64,000 nt of DNA, taken from the NCBI GenBank assembly GCA_965209055.1, contig OZ242374.1:448001-512000 (forward strand). Reading direction: 5' to 3'. Below, piece by piece: positions 46,553 through 56,152 of this stretch (the first letter of the stretch is position 1; every line of letters begins with the position of its first letter). The notes below the pieces were generated by a model. The model was not told the DNA's origin and made no database searches. It saw only the letters and a program-made list of their open reading frames with translations. The stretch is from Acidobacteriota bacterium. GTDB lineage: Bacteria; Acidobacteriota; UBA6911; RPQK01; JAJDTT01. A program made the position numbers and the translations under genes.

Positions 46553-48198
46553 TCCGTCCAGAGCGCGTAGAGGGAGCCTTTTCGGAGGTGAATCCGCAGA
46601 ACCACGGTCTGCCCGCTCAGGCGGGCCACGGAATCGGATCCATTCCACCGGATGGGGAAGCGGGTCCGGTCGCCGCCGAGCGAGAGGCTGTCGCCACCGG
46701 AGAAACCGGGGATGGGCCGTCCGCCGGCATCCAGGATCTCGACCCGGATCCGGCCCTCCGCGGCGTCCAGATTGACCCAGAGGCGACTGCCGCTCATCAC
46801 CAGGGGACGGGTGGTCAGGGTCCCTTCGCTCCGTCCCGCGTCCAGCGACACGAAGCCGTCCCGGCGCAGAACCGCCACGTGTATGGCGGAATGGGCGTCC
46901 TCCACGTAGTCGGCGCGCTCCTGCGGATTGAGGGTTTCGGGGCTGCGCGGGCTCCCGTCCAGGTACCGGTCATAGGGGCAGACCCGCCACTTGAAGCCCG
47001 AGTAGTAGAACCACAGTTCTTCGTCCTTCTCCACCGGCCGGTTGGTGGGCATCAACTGCATCCGGTCGTAGTTGCCGGCCAGGCCCTGGTCGAGGCGCGA
47101 CGGCCCGATGAAGGGCTCGCGGTTCCCCAGGCGCTCCCAGTGCTGCAGGTCCCGCGTCATGGCCAACTGGATCAGGTGGAAGCCGTCGGCGTTGCGCCGC
47201 TCCGGAAGCCGCCTTCCGGTGGGGTAGAAGATCATGGGCAGACCGATGTAGAGACCTTCGTAAGGGAAGACGCCGATGTTGTAGGACTGGGCATTCCAGA
47301 TCCCCCGGTTTCGGAACTCCACTTCGGGCGGTGTCCATCCCATGGACGGGTCCGGGTCCACGAAGAGAGGCCGCGCCAGACCCGGATCGGCGATCCGTCT
47401 CCGGATCACTTCAAGGGCGTGCTCCTGGTCCCGATCGTCGGTGCTGAAGAAGAATCGGGGCTCCGACCAGTTCACGAAGTCCTTGCTGACGGAGAGATTG
47501 TAGGAACGGCCATACTTGCCGCCGAACTTGAGCAGGCCCAGAAACTGGCGCCGTTCCCGGTCGTAGGTCAGGGTGCCGGCATCGCCGGACGGCAGGACCG
47601 GAACTTCCAGGATCGTCCAGTGGACGGCGTCGGGGCTCACCACGGGCCGGCGGCCGCTGTGGCCCAGGAATCCCTTGTACCGCCGGGCGGGATCGGGATC
47701 TTCGGGATCGTGGACCACGTGCCAGAGCCGCTTGTTCTCCGGAGCGGCGATGAGGTTGTTGGCCCGGGACCCGCGGAAGTCCACCGCGCCCAGGTCGGGC
47801 TTTTCCCAGGCCAGGCCGTCCCGGGAGGTGGCCAGCGCCCAACGGAAGCCCTCTTCGGCGTAACGGAGAGGCCGTCCCTCGTAGACCATCTTGTAGCGCC
47901 CCTCCCCCTCGATCCACATGGGCGCCGAGACGGTGGCGGTGAAGCGGCCGTCCCAGGGCCGGTCCGGCAGCAGCACGGCTCCCCGCTTGGCGGGCCGGTG
48001 CATGACCCGGTCCAGACTCCGGATCTCGCCGACGATGTGGTCGTCCAGGAAGAGCTGTTTGCGGCCCGGCTCCAGGGGGACCGGTTCTTCCGCGGCGGCG
48101 GATCTTCCCTGCCCCGGCAGCAGCAGGAGAGTCAGGGCCGCGAACAGGGTCCAAAGGCGTCGACTCACGGGAGATTCTCCGTTTCGCTTGGCGCTCAT
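46549..48198 (-). CDS. Secreted beta-propeller glycoside-hydrolase-like protein (Asp-box repeats), paralog 1
   Basis: QLFLDD, SRDGLAWEKP, SPDAVHW, SKDFVNW, LRRDGFVS plus C-terminal beta-sandwich. Confidence 0.7.
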   Translation of the reverse strand: MSAKRNGESPVSRRLWTLFAALTLLLLPGQGRSAAAEEPVPLEPGRKQLFLDDHIVGEIRSLDRVMHRPAKRGAVLLPDRPWDGRFTATVSAPMWIEGEGRYKMVYEGRPLRYAEEGFRWALATSRDGLAWEKPDLGAVDFRGSRANNLIAAPENKRLWHVVHDPEDPDPARRYKGFLGHSGRRPVVSPDAVHWTILEVPVLPSGDAGTLTYDRERRQFLGLLKFGGKYGRSYNLSVSKDFVNWSEPRFFFSTDDRDQEHALEVIRRRIADPGLARPLFVDPDPSMGWTPPEVEFRNRGIWNAQSYNIGVFPYEGLYIGLPMIFYPTGRRLPERRNADGFHLIQLAMTRDLQHWERLGNREPFIGPSRLDQGLAGNYDRMQLMPTNRPVEKDEELWFYYSGFKWRVCPYDRYLDGSPRSPETLNPQERADYVEDAHSAIHVAVLRRDGFVSLDAGRSEGTLTTRPLVMSGSRLWVNLDAAEGRIRVEILDAGGRPIPGFSGGDSLSLGGDRTRFPIRWNGSDSVARLSGQTVVLRIHLRKGSLYALWTE

Positions 48199-49835
48199 TC
48201 GGTCCAGAAGGAATACAACGAGGCATCCCGAAGATGGATCTTCAGCCTCACCGTCCGGCCCGCCAGGCCGGACAATCCGTCCTTTCCCTTCCATCCGGCC
48301 GCGACCCGGACCCGGTCCCCTCCGGCCGCCGCCGAATCATCCAGCCCGAAGCCGGGTAGGGCGCGGCCCGTTTCGTCCAGGACCTCCACCCGGGCTTCCC
48401 CTTCCGGAGCCTGGAGATTCAGGAACAGGCGGTCCCCGGCCAGCTTCAGAGGTTTCGTCAGCAGGAATCCCCCGGCCGCTTCCGCATCCAGCGAAATGAA
48501 CCCGTCCCGCCGCAGGACCGAGACGTACACGGCGCTGAGGGTGTCTTCGATCCAGTCCGCCCGCTCCTCGGCCGACAGGGTGGACGGATCGCGGGGCGCG
48601 CCGTTCCGGTACCGGTCATGCTGGGGGACGCGGCGCTTCATGCCGGTGTAGTAGAACCAGAGCTCGTCTCCCCGGTCCACGGGTTGGTTCGTCACGTTGA
48701 GCTGCAGCCGGTCGTAGTTTCCCACCAGGCCCTCATCCAGGCGGGAGGTGGAGATGAACGGCTGGCGGCCGCCCAGCCGCTTCCAGGTCTTGAGATCGCG
48801 GGTCATGGCCAACTGCATCTCGTTGAACCCGTCGGTATTGGTCCCCTCGGGGAGCCGGATCCCGGTGGGATAGAAGAACATGAGCCAGCCCAGGTGCATC
48901 CCTTCGTAGGGAAACACGCCGATGTTGTAGCACTGGACGTTCCAGGTCCCCCGGTTCCGGAATTCCCCCGGCGGCTGCGTCCAACCGGTAGCCGGATCGG
49001 GATCCACCATCAGAGGCTTGGCCAGGCCCGGATCGGCCAGCCGGCGGCGGATCACGTCCAGGGCCATTTTCTGGTCCTCGTCGTCGGTGCCGAAGAGGAA
49101 CCGAGGCTCCGACCAGTTCACGAAGTCCTTGCTGACGGAGAGGTTGTAGGAGCGCCCGTGCTTGCCGAGGAACTTGAGCAATCCCAGGAACCGGCGGTTC
49201 TCCCGGTCGTAGGTGAGGGTGCCCGCGTCGCCCGAAGGGAGCTTCTCCACCTCCAGCAGTTTCCAACGGATGCAGTCGGGACTCACCACCGGACGCCGCC
49301 CGCTGGCGCCCAGGAACCCCTTGTAGCGCCGCCCGGGATCCGGATCGTCCGGATCGTAGACCACCTGCCAGAGGCGCTGCCGCTCAGGAGAGTCGATCAG
49401 GTTGTTCTCCCTGTTGCCGTTGAACTCCAGCACCCCCAGGTTCGGTTTTTCCCAGTTGAGGCCGTCCCGGGAGAGCGCCAGCGCCCAGTAGGTCGTGCCT
49501 TTTCCTCCGGTCGGCCGGTGCCTGGCTTCGTAGACGAATTTGTATATCCCCTCATCGGGAATCCACATGGGAGCGCTGACCGTCTGCACGAGGGTTCCGT
49601 CCGAGGGGATGTCGGCCTTGAGGACGACCCCCCGTTTGCGGGGCCGGTGAAAGCTCCGGGACAGATTGTCAGTCTTTTCCAGGACGTGCTCGTCCAGAAA
49701 CAGCTCTCGCTTCTCCGGCTCCAGCGGGATGACTTCGGTGGCTTTCACCTCCCAGCCGGACGCCAGCAGGAAACACGCCAAAGAGAAAATCAGACGGGGC
49801 TTCAATGCTTTCCTCGAATTGTGGATTGCCTCCAA
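48195..49835 (-). CDS. Secreted beta-propeller glycoside-hydrolase-like protein, paralog 2
   Basis: Colinear with paralog 1 (ELFLDE, SRDGLNWEKP, SKDFVNW, LRRDGFIS). Confidence 0.7.
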   Translation of the reverse strand: MEAIHNSRKALKPRLIFSLACFLLASGWEVKATEVIPLEPEKRELFLDEHVLEKTDNLSRSFHRPRKRGVVLKADIPSDGTLVQTVSAPMWIPDEGIYKFVYEARHRPTGGKGTTYWALALSRDGLNWEKPNLGVLEFNGNRENNLIDSPERQRLWQVVYDPDDPDPGRRYKGFLGASGRRPVVSPDCIRWKLLEVEKLPSGDAGTLTYDRENRRFLGLLKFLGKHGRSYNLSVSKDFVNWSEPRFLFGTDDEDQKMALDVIRRRLADPGLAKPLMVDPDPATGWTQPPGEFRNRGTWNVQCYNIGVFPYEGMHLGWLMFFYPTGIRLPEGTNTDGFNEMQLAMTRDLKTWKRLGGRQPFISTSRLDEGLVGNYDRLQLNVTNQPVDRGDELWFYYTGMKRRVPQHDRYRNGAPRDPSTLSAEERADWIEDTLSAVYVSVLRRDGFISLDAEAAGGFLLTKPLKLAGDRLFLNLQAPEGEARVEVLDETGRALPGFGLDDSAAAGGDRVRVAAGWKGKDGLSGLAGRTVRLKIHLRDASLYSFWTE

Positions 49836-49878
49836 TCATGACACCCTGTTCGGAAACATCCAACCGGGAGAATCCCAG

Positions 49879-51303
49879 ATGAATCACTCGAAAGCAGTGG
49901 CCACAAGCCTCTTGGCGTTGCTGGCCATGCCCCTCCTGCAACCGGGCCATTCACCGGCCCGAATTGGTAGTGAGCGCCAACTGTTCGTGGATCGATTTCT
50001 GATCGACCGCATGGACGGGGTCCGATTGAAGATGCACTCTCCCGTGCGACGGGAGGCCGCTCTTCGTATGGAGCACCCGTGGGAAGAGAAGGGTGTTTCC
50101 TACATGGTGGCCTTCAAGGACGGAGACCGGTTTCGGGCCTGGTACCGCGCCGACGCCGCCACTCATCGGACCGCCTACGCCGAGAGCAAGGACGGCATCA
50201 CCTGGGTGAAACCCATGATCGGTCCGATCCCGTTCGGGGACCGCAAGAAGACCAACCTGGTCTGGGAAGCGGAGAACCGGGCCGGCAACCTCTCGGTTCT
50301 CAAGGACCCGAACCCGGATGTGCCTCCCGGGGAACGGTACAAGGGGATCATCCGCGGCCGGAACCAGATCCGGGCATTGGTCTCGGAGGATGGGATTCAC
50401 TGGCGTCCGTTCCGGGAGAAGCCGCTGATCGACAGCTTTCCGGTCGACTCCCACAACATCCTGATCTGGGACCCGCAGCAGGAACGGTATGCCATCTACT
50501 TGCGCGGCATCCGAAAGGTCCCCGGCGTGGCGATCGACAACACCTCCTGGAAGGATCTGGGAGTCCGCTGGGTGCGCCGTTCGTTGTCCCGGGATTTTCG
50601 TAACTGGTCGGAGCCGCGGCTCATCGAATCGGGAAGCTCCCCCATCGAACAGTTCTACACCAACGACACCGTGGTCTACGAACGGGCGCCCAGCTACTTT
50701 CTCATGTTCCCGTCCCGCTTCGTGGTGGAGCGGGTGCCGGTTCCCGATTGGCCCGCCGGCTCCGGCGTCAACGACATTGTCCTGCTCTCCAGCCGGGACG
50801 GCATCAACTGGGACCGAACCTTCCGGGAGGCCTATCTGCGGCCAGGGCCCGATCCCAATACGTGGCACGAGCGGGCGCTGTACATGGAACACGGGATCCT
50901 GCAGACCGGACCCCGGGAACTGTCCATGTACGCCATGCACAACTGGAGAACGGACGACACTCACATCCGCCGGCTCAGTCTCCGAGTGGACGGGTTCGCC
51001 TCCGTCCACGGCGACTATGACGGCGGTATTCTCATCACCCGTCCCCTGGTCTTCGCGGGGAGCGAGCTGGAGATCAACTTCGCCACCTCCGCCGTGGGCA
51101 GCCTCCGCTTCGAGCTTCGGGACGGGAGCAACAATCCGCTTCCGGGCTTCGGACTACAGGACTGCGACGAGATCTACGGGGACGAGATCGACCGGGTGGT
51201 GAAGTGGAAGGGCGGCCCGGACGTCTCCTCCCTGGCGGGTCGTCCCGTCCGCCTCCACATCCGGTTGCAGGACGCCGACCTCTATTCCTTCCGCTTCCGG
51301 TAG
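49879..51303 (+). CDS. Secreted beta-propeller glycoside-hydrolase-like protein, paralog 3
   Basis: Signal peptide; RQLFVD, SKDGITW, SEDGIHW, SRDGINW, LRVDGFAS...DADLYSFRFR. Confidence 0.7.
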   Translation: MNHSKAVATSLLALLAMPLLQPGHSPARIGSERQLFVDRFLIDRMDGVRLKMHSPVRREAALRMEHPWEEKGVSYMVAFKDGDRFRAWYRADAATHRTAYAESKDGITWVKPMIGPIPFGDRKKTNLVWEAENRAGNLSVLKDPNPDVPPGERYKGIIRGRNQIRALVSEDGIHWRPFREKPLIDSFPVDSHNILIWDPQQERYAIYLRGIRKVPGVAIDNTSWKDLGVRWVRRSLSRDFRNWSEPRLIESGSSPIEQFYTNDTVVYERAPSYFLMFPSRFVVERVPVPDWPAGSGVNDIVLLSSRDGINWDRTFREAYLRPGPDPNTWHERALYMEHGILQTGPRELSMYAMHNWRTDDTHIRRLSLRVDGFASVHGDYDGGILITRPLVFAGSELEINFATSAVGSLRFELRDGSNNPLPGFGLQDCDEIYGDEIDRVVKWKGGPDVSSLAGRPVRLHIRLQDADLYSFRFR

Positions 51304-51320
51304 AGCGGAATCGGAACCGG

Positions 51321-51818
51321 TCATCGAGGCCTCTCCGGCCAGACCGTGTCGGGGCTCACCGGCTCCGGTTGGTCGGGACCGAGATTGTCCGGATCCACGG
51401 CAGCCATCACGAAATTCTCCGGACGCACCGGAGAGCCGGCCAGGCGGCGAAGCATGGCGAGCTGTCCGGCATGGGTCATGGCGTCGGCGAACGGTCCCTG
51501 CAGGAGCCGTTCCCCGGTCGTTCCCTCCAGTTCGGTGCCGGCCACGAGGTGCTCCGACAAATCCTCCAGCATGTCATGGAATCGATTCACTTCCGCGGCA
51601 AGGTCCGGCAGCGGCTCCGGCCAATACCGGCCTCCCTCGAAAAACGTGCGCGCGTAGCCGAGAACGCTGGTCATGTGCCGGACCAGCTCGACCGGCGTCC
51701 GCACCTGATTGCCGGCCTGAAAGGCGCCGAAGGATTCCGGCGCACCCCGGAGTGCCTTCTGCGTCCGGTAGGCGAGCGCGGAGAGAAAATGCCGAAGCAT
51801 CGCGCGTTTGTCATTCAT
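51321..51818 (-). CDS. DinB-like four-helix-bundle protein
   Basis: RTPVELVRHM and DAMTHAGQLAMLRRLAGSP motifs. Confidence 0.7.
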   Translation of the reverse strand: MNDKRAMLRHFLSALAYRTQKALRGAPESFGAFQAGNQVRTPVELVRHMTSVLGYARTFFEGGRYWPEPLPDLAAEVNRFHDMLEDLSEHLVAGTELEGTTGERLLQGPFADAMTHAGQLAMLRRLAGSPVRPENFVMAAVDPDNLGPDQPEPVSPDTVWPERPR

Positions 51819-51896
51819 TGCGGTGGATCTCTTCTTGGTCTGACGGCTCTGCGATGCGCAGCAGAAAACTCACATGGCGCCGGTTGCTTGAATGGT

Positions 51897-52226
51897 TTAT
51901 CGCCTCGTGAACTGGGTTTCAAGGTTGTCGGAAATCCATTGATTCAAGCTCTTGCCGTCCTCTTTAGCCTGAACATAGACTCGGCGGTGGAGTTCAGCCG
52001 GAAGCCGCAGCGTCAGGCGGCCGGTAAATGGTTTGTCCGGATCTTCTCCGCACTGAGTGCAAAAATCCAGGTAGTCATCGATAGATTCACGAAATGCCTC
52101 CTCAAGACCCCTGACCGTGTCGCTCTCGAAAGTGATCACGTCGCGCGTGTCCAGCACCTCGCCATGGAATACGTGGGCTTCGGAGTCGTATTCGGCGTGG
52201 CCAACGTATCCTTTGTATTCCAGCAT
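51897..52226 (-). CDS. hicB: HicB family antitoxin
   Basis: MLEYKGYVG..FHGEV..DVITFE..AFRESIDDYL..KPFTGRLTLRLPAELH..SLNQW. Confidence 0.92.
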   Translation of the reverse strand: MLEYKGYVGHAEYDSEAHVFHGEVLDTRDVITFESDTVRGLEEAFRESIDDYLDFCTQCGEDPDKPFTGRLTLRLPAELHRRVYVQAKEDGKSLNQWISDNLETQFTRR

Positions 52227-52495
52227 TATTCCTCCTCCGGCCCGATCCCGGCCGTTTTCAAGAATCTTTGAACGGACCTGAGCGCACCCTTGCCGACTTC
52301 CTTCCGAGGATGCGGACGATGGAACACCGCACGAACTCCATTCAGGTGCACACGGATGCGGGAACCCCGCCCTTCCGATAACCTCGCACCAAGCGCCAAC
52401 AACAACTTCTCGATACGCGACCAGGCCAAGCCGGCGCGCGTCGGCCGCTCAAAAATCTCATTCAGTGTTTTCCGATGTCGACCTGCTGAGGCTAT
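52226..52495 (-). CDS. hicA: HicA family toxin, canonical start codon absent
   Basis: RHRKTLNEIFERP...WSRIEKLLLALGA..EGRGSRIRV.LNG..AVFHRPHP; homology extends upstream of the ORF-track start to an in-frame ATA at 52495. Confidence 0.8.
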   Translation of the reverse strand: MASAGRHRKTLNEIFERPTRAGLAWSRIEKLLLALGARLSEGRGSRIRVHLNGVRAVFHRPHPRKEVGKGALRSVQRFLKTAGIGPEEE

Positions 52496-52524
52496 GGTGT
52501 CATATTATGACACCATAGCCTCAG
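52486..52524. promoter_or_regulatory. Perfect 19-bp inverted repeat over the hicAB promoter (probable HicB operator)
   Basis: CTGAGGCTATGGTGTCATA-T-TATGACACCATAGCCTCAG; overlaps minus-strand TTGCAA-N16-CATAAT. Confidence 0.7.
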
Positions 52525-52597
52525 TTTGCAAGTGTAAATGTCGGGACATCGAGGAAACGCAGTCCTCGGTGGATCGAAAAGGCTCAGGCGACCGGCT

Positions 52598-53599
52598 TCA
52601 GAGCTTGAGTTCGTTTTCTACCCTTACCCTCCGTCCCTCCGCCCGCCGGGAGATGTCGGCGCCGATCATGATACGGCACACGGCCACCGTGTCTTTCATC
52701 AGCTCCACGGGGCGCTTTCCCGTCCGGACCATGGACGTGAAGTCGCCGAGCAGGCTCCGCATCATGAAGAAGGGGTCGTCGGCCGGCAGCACCAAGTGTC
52801 CCCCGGTTCCGTGGAGCGACATTTCCAACGTCTTGGCCAGGGGATGCAGGACCTGCAGATGGGCGCGGCGCCGGTTCGACCAGGTCACCTCCACCGACCA
52901 GTCTCCCCCTTGGACCTGGTGCCGGTTCCCGGCGCCGTCCCGCCAAAGAACGGTCTTGAGAGGTCCGGATTCTCCCAGAAAGGCGACGCTCACGGGTTCC
53001 CGGCCCCAGAGTTGAACCAGGGTCTCTCCCATGTGCCAGCCGTAGCCGAACCAGTCCATGGCCGACAGGCCTCGGAACAGGCGGGCCGTCCCCACCGGGC
53101 CGGGTTCCGACTTGAATTCCCGGAGCGCCGGATTGTAGCGCAGGTTGGAGCAGCTCATAAGCGGGTAGTCCTCTCCCGCCTCGCTCCACAGTTGCCGCAT
53201 CGTTTCCCAGCGGCTGACCAGGGGCCGGTCGAAGAAGATGGGGATGCCGCGTTCCAGGAAAGGCCGGGCCAGGGGAAGGTGGGTGTCTCCCTCGTTTTCG
53301 GTGATGAGGACGCCGTCCACTCCGTCCAGGAGGTCCTCCGGCCGATCCGCCACGTGGGGAATCCGCCCGATCCAGGCGGCGTGTTCCGCCTTGCGGCGGT
53401 CCTCGGCCCAGATCGACACCACCCTGGCCCCGGAGAGCCGCCGGTTCTCAGGCGGTTGGGCCTCCAGGTAGCGAACGATGTTGGGGTAGGCCTCTTTCAA
53501 TCCCTCCCGGTCGTAGCCGTTGCAGAAGGCGGACATGGAATAGGGATGGCCATGGGAGACCCCCAGGATGCCCAGACGTAGATCCGTACCCGGCGGCAT
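52598..53599 (-). CDS. Gfo/Idh/MocA family oxidoreductase
   Basis: LRLGILGVSHGHPYS, VDGVLI, HLPLARPFLERGIPIFFDRP, YGWH. Confidence 0.75.
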   Translation of the reverse strand: MPPGTDLRLGILGVSHGHPYSMSAFCNGYDREGLKEAYPNIVRYLEAQPPENRRLSGARVVSIWAEDRRKAEHAAWIGRIPHVADRPEDLLDGVDGVLITENEGDTHLPLARPFLERGIPIFFDRPLVSRWETMRQLWSEAGEDYPLMSCSNLRYNPALREFKSEPGPVGTARLFRGLSAMDWFGYGWHMGETLVQLWGREPVSVAFLGESGPLKTVLWRDGAGNRHQVQGGDWSVEVTWSNRRRAHLQVLHPLAKTLEMSLHGTGGHLVLPADDPFFMMRSLLGDFTSMVRTGKRPVELMKDTVAVCRIMIGADISRRAEGRRVRVENELKL

Positions 53600-53610
53600 G
53601 CCGTCACCCG

Positions 53611-55269
53611 TTACTGAAATTGAAAGGCGAAGATCTTGGCCCGCCGCAGTTGAAATCGAAGCCGGACCGGTTCCCCGGCCAGATCCTTCAGATTCCGGCG
53701 GTTTCTCCAGGTGACGGTGTGCGCGATCGAGTTTCCCCGGAAGGCGTCGCAATCCTCCCGGCCGAATCCCGCCACCGGTTCCCCCGTCGAGGCATCCAGA
53801 ACCTCGACCGTGACTCGCCCCTCGTCGCCCGCGGTCCGGGCGTTGATCTCCAGTCGTTCCCCATCGAAAACCAGGGGCTTGGTGGTGAACTCCCCGTCCC
53901 CGGCCGTCAGCGAGACGAATCCGTCCAGGCGCAACTTGGCCAGGTTGATGCTGCTCTCCTCGTTCTCCCCTCGCGGAAGCGCCCAGTGACCCTTACGGTA
54001 GCCGATGTAGTAGAGCCAGATCTCTCCCAGGTCTCTCCGCACCACCGGCAACTGGGCCATGTAGACCATCCCCGCATCGTAGGTGTCGGCGGACCCGACC
54101 GGCAGGAACGGACGGCCGTTCCCCAACCGGCGCCACTTCCGGCCGTCCCGGCTGGCGACCAATTGGATGTCCACGGTATCCAGCCACGGCGTCCGGGCGG
54201 TTCCCCGGACCGGGGGGATCCCCGGCTCCATCCCGCTGCAGATGTGGTAGCGGGTCAGAAAGGCCACGTACTGGTTCTCGTACGGCAGGCACTCCAAGGT
54301 GTAGAAGCCTCCGGTGCAGGGAGCGTCCCTCTCGTCGGGCGGGATCAGGAGGTAGGGCCGGTTGACCTCCACCGGGTCCTTCATCCCCCGGGGCGCGTCC
54401 CACTTCAGGAAATCGGGACTGGTGGCGATGCCGGGAGCCCGTACGCGGCCCTCTCGCGCCAGGAATCGGGAATCGCCTTCGAAGAGGGGAGGCCAGAGCC
54501 GAATGTGGGCCACGTACCGGCTTCGGGCCTGGTCCCAGAACACCACCTGGTGGGTGTCGTTGTTCATGTAGACGGGATTGACTTGGGGACTGGGATAGTT
54601 GGTCCAGCGGATCCCGTCGGGCGAATGGGCCGCCCAGACACCCCCCTTGACGGTCTCGGCGTGGAATCCCTCCTGCCCCGGCTTGAGCGAGGGACGCCGG
54701 TAGAGCATCTTGTAGCGCTTCTCCGGGTCCTTTTCGTGGGGATCCTTGAACACTCCCGGCGCCCGGACTCCTCCCGGCTTGCCGAAGACGAAATTGTGCT
54801 CCCGGGAGGACCGCCCTCTGCAGAATGGCGAACGGAAGTCGAACTGCCCCACCGCCGGCGCCTCCCAGTCGATGCCGTTGACGGAGGTGTAATACCCCAG
54901 AAGGTTCTCCTTCCAGAGATAGTCCACCACCTGGTTCCACATCTTGTAGATCTTCTCTTCCCGGTCGTAGATCAGGTTGCTGTGTCCGAAATCCATGTCG
55001 GCGCCCCAGCAGCGGTCCATCTGCAGGACGGGGTTTCCGGCGTATTTCAGCGGTTGATTGACCAGCGAATAGACGCCTCGCCGGGACGCCACGATCCGGT
55101 CGTCCAGGAAGAGCTGCTTCTGCTTACCGATCTGAACCGGTTCCGGCCCGGCCGCCATGGCGATCCCGCCGCCAGTCCAGAGAAAACAGGCCAAAAGACA
55201 CGCCGGAAGGCGCACAGGTCCCGATCGCGGGAGTGCGACCGGGGTTGAATCCGACTTGGAAACGTTCAT
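53611..55269 (-). CDS. Secreted beta-propeller glycoside-hydrolase-like protein, paralog 4
   Basis: KQLFLDD, SVNGIDW, SPDGIRW, SPDFLKW, SRDGRKW, LRLDGFVS. Confidence 0.7.
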   Translation of the reverse strand: MNVSKSDSTPVALPRSGPVRLPACLLACFLWTGGGIAMAAGPEPVQIGKQKQLFLDDRIVASRRGVYSLVNQPLKYAGNPVLQMDRCWGADMDFGHSNLIYDREEKIYKMWNQVVDYLWKENLLGYYTSVNGIDWEAPAVGQFDFRSPFCRGRSSREHNFVFGKPGGVRAPGVFKDPHEKDPEKRYKMLYRRPSLKPGQEGFHAETVKGGVWAAHSPDGIRWTNYPSPQVNPVYMNNDTHQVVFWDQARSRYVAHIRLWPPLFEGDSRFLAREGRVRAPGIATSPDFLKWDAPRGMKDPVEVNRPYLLIPPDERDAPCTGGFYTLECLPYENQYVAFLTRYHICSGMEPGIPPVRGTARTPWLDTVDIQLVASRDGRKWRRLGNGRPFLPVGSADTYDAGMVYMAQLPVVRRDLGEIWLYYIGYRKGHWALPRGENEESSINLAKLRLDGFVSLTAGDGEFTTKPLVFDGERLEINARTAGDEGRVTVEVLDASTGEPVAGFGREDCDAFRGNSIAHTVTWRNRRNLKDLAGEPVRLRFQLRRAKIFAFQFQ

Positions 55270-55355
55270 GGCGAACCTCTCGAGACAAGTCTGCGGAGGG
55301 ACCGATCCGGATCGACGCACGGCACGGGCGCCCTCCGGCACCGACTCTGCATCGG

Positions 55356-56138
55356 CTACATGGCCGTATACCCTCCGTCGACGACCAGGTTGGCTCCGGT
55401 CACGTAGCTGGACGCATCCGACGCCAGGTACAGGATGGCGGCGGCGACGTCCCGCGCTTCGGCCATCCGGTTCAGCATGGTGCGGGCGCTGTAGCGCCGG
55501 ACGAACTCATCCGTGGCCGGCAGGATCCGGATACCCCCCGGACTGACGCAGTTGCATCGCACCTGGGCCGGTCCGTAGTAGCTGGCCACGAACCGGGTGA
55601 AATTGATCATGCCCCCTTTGTGAAAAAAGTAGTCGGGAACGAAGGGACTGCGGTCCAGGCCCTGGTACAGGCTCCGGTCGGGTCCGATCCGGCCGTGAAT
55701 CGAGGCCACGTTGACGATGGAGCCTCCGCCGCGCTCCGCCATCACATCGCCGAACGTCCGCGTCACGGAGAAGAGGCCGGTCGCGTTGACCTGCATGCTC
55801 CGGGAGAAGCGCATGGGATCGTCGGTCCAATCCCCCATGCTCCGGCCCACCGCGGCATTGACCAGAACATCCAGCCCGCCTTCCCGATCCAGAACGGCGG
55901 TCTTCAGATCCCGGATCGACTGCTCGTCCCCCTGGTCCAACGGGACCGGAATCACCGGCAGGCCCCGTTCGGCCAGCCCGTCGGCCACGGTCCGCATCCG
56001 GTCCGCCCGGAGGTCGCCCCCGTAGACCGTCGCCCCGGCTTCGGCCAGTCCCTGGATGAAGGCCGGCGCGTGCCGCCCCGCCCCGCCGGTCACGAGCGCC
56101 ACTTTGCCCTTCAGGGAGAAGCTGTCGAGTATTCCCAT
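55356..56138 (-). CDS. Short-chain dehydrogenase/reductase (SDR)
   Basis: GKVALVTGGAG, DVLVNAA, GSIVNVAS, YFFHK (YxxxK), NCVSPGG, VTGANLVVDGG. Confidence 0.92.
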   Translation of the reverse strand: MGILDSFSLKGKVALVTGGAGRHAPAFIQGLAEAGATVYGGDLRADRMRTVADGLAERGLPVIPVPLDQGDEQSIRDLKTAVLDREGGLDVLVNAAVGRSMGDWTDDPMRFSRSMQVNATGLFSVTRTFGDVMAERGGGSIVNVASIHGRIGPDRSLYQGLDRSPFVPDYFFHKGGMINFTRFVASYYGPAQVRCNCVSPGGIRILPATDEFVRRYSARTMLNRMAEARDVAAAILYLASDASSYVTGANLVVDGGYTAM

Positions 56139-56152
56139 GTTCAGACGCGGAG

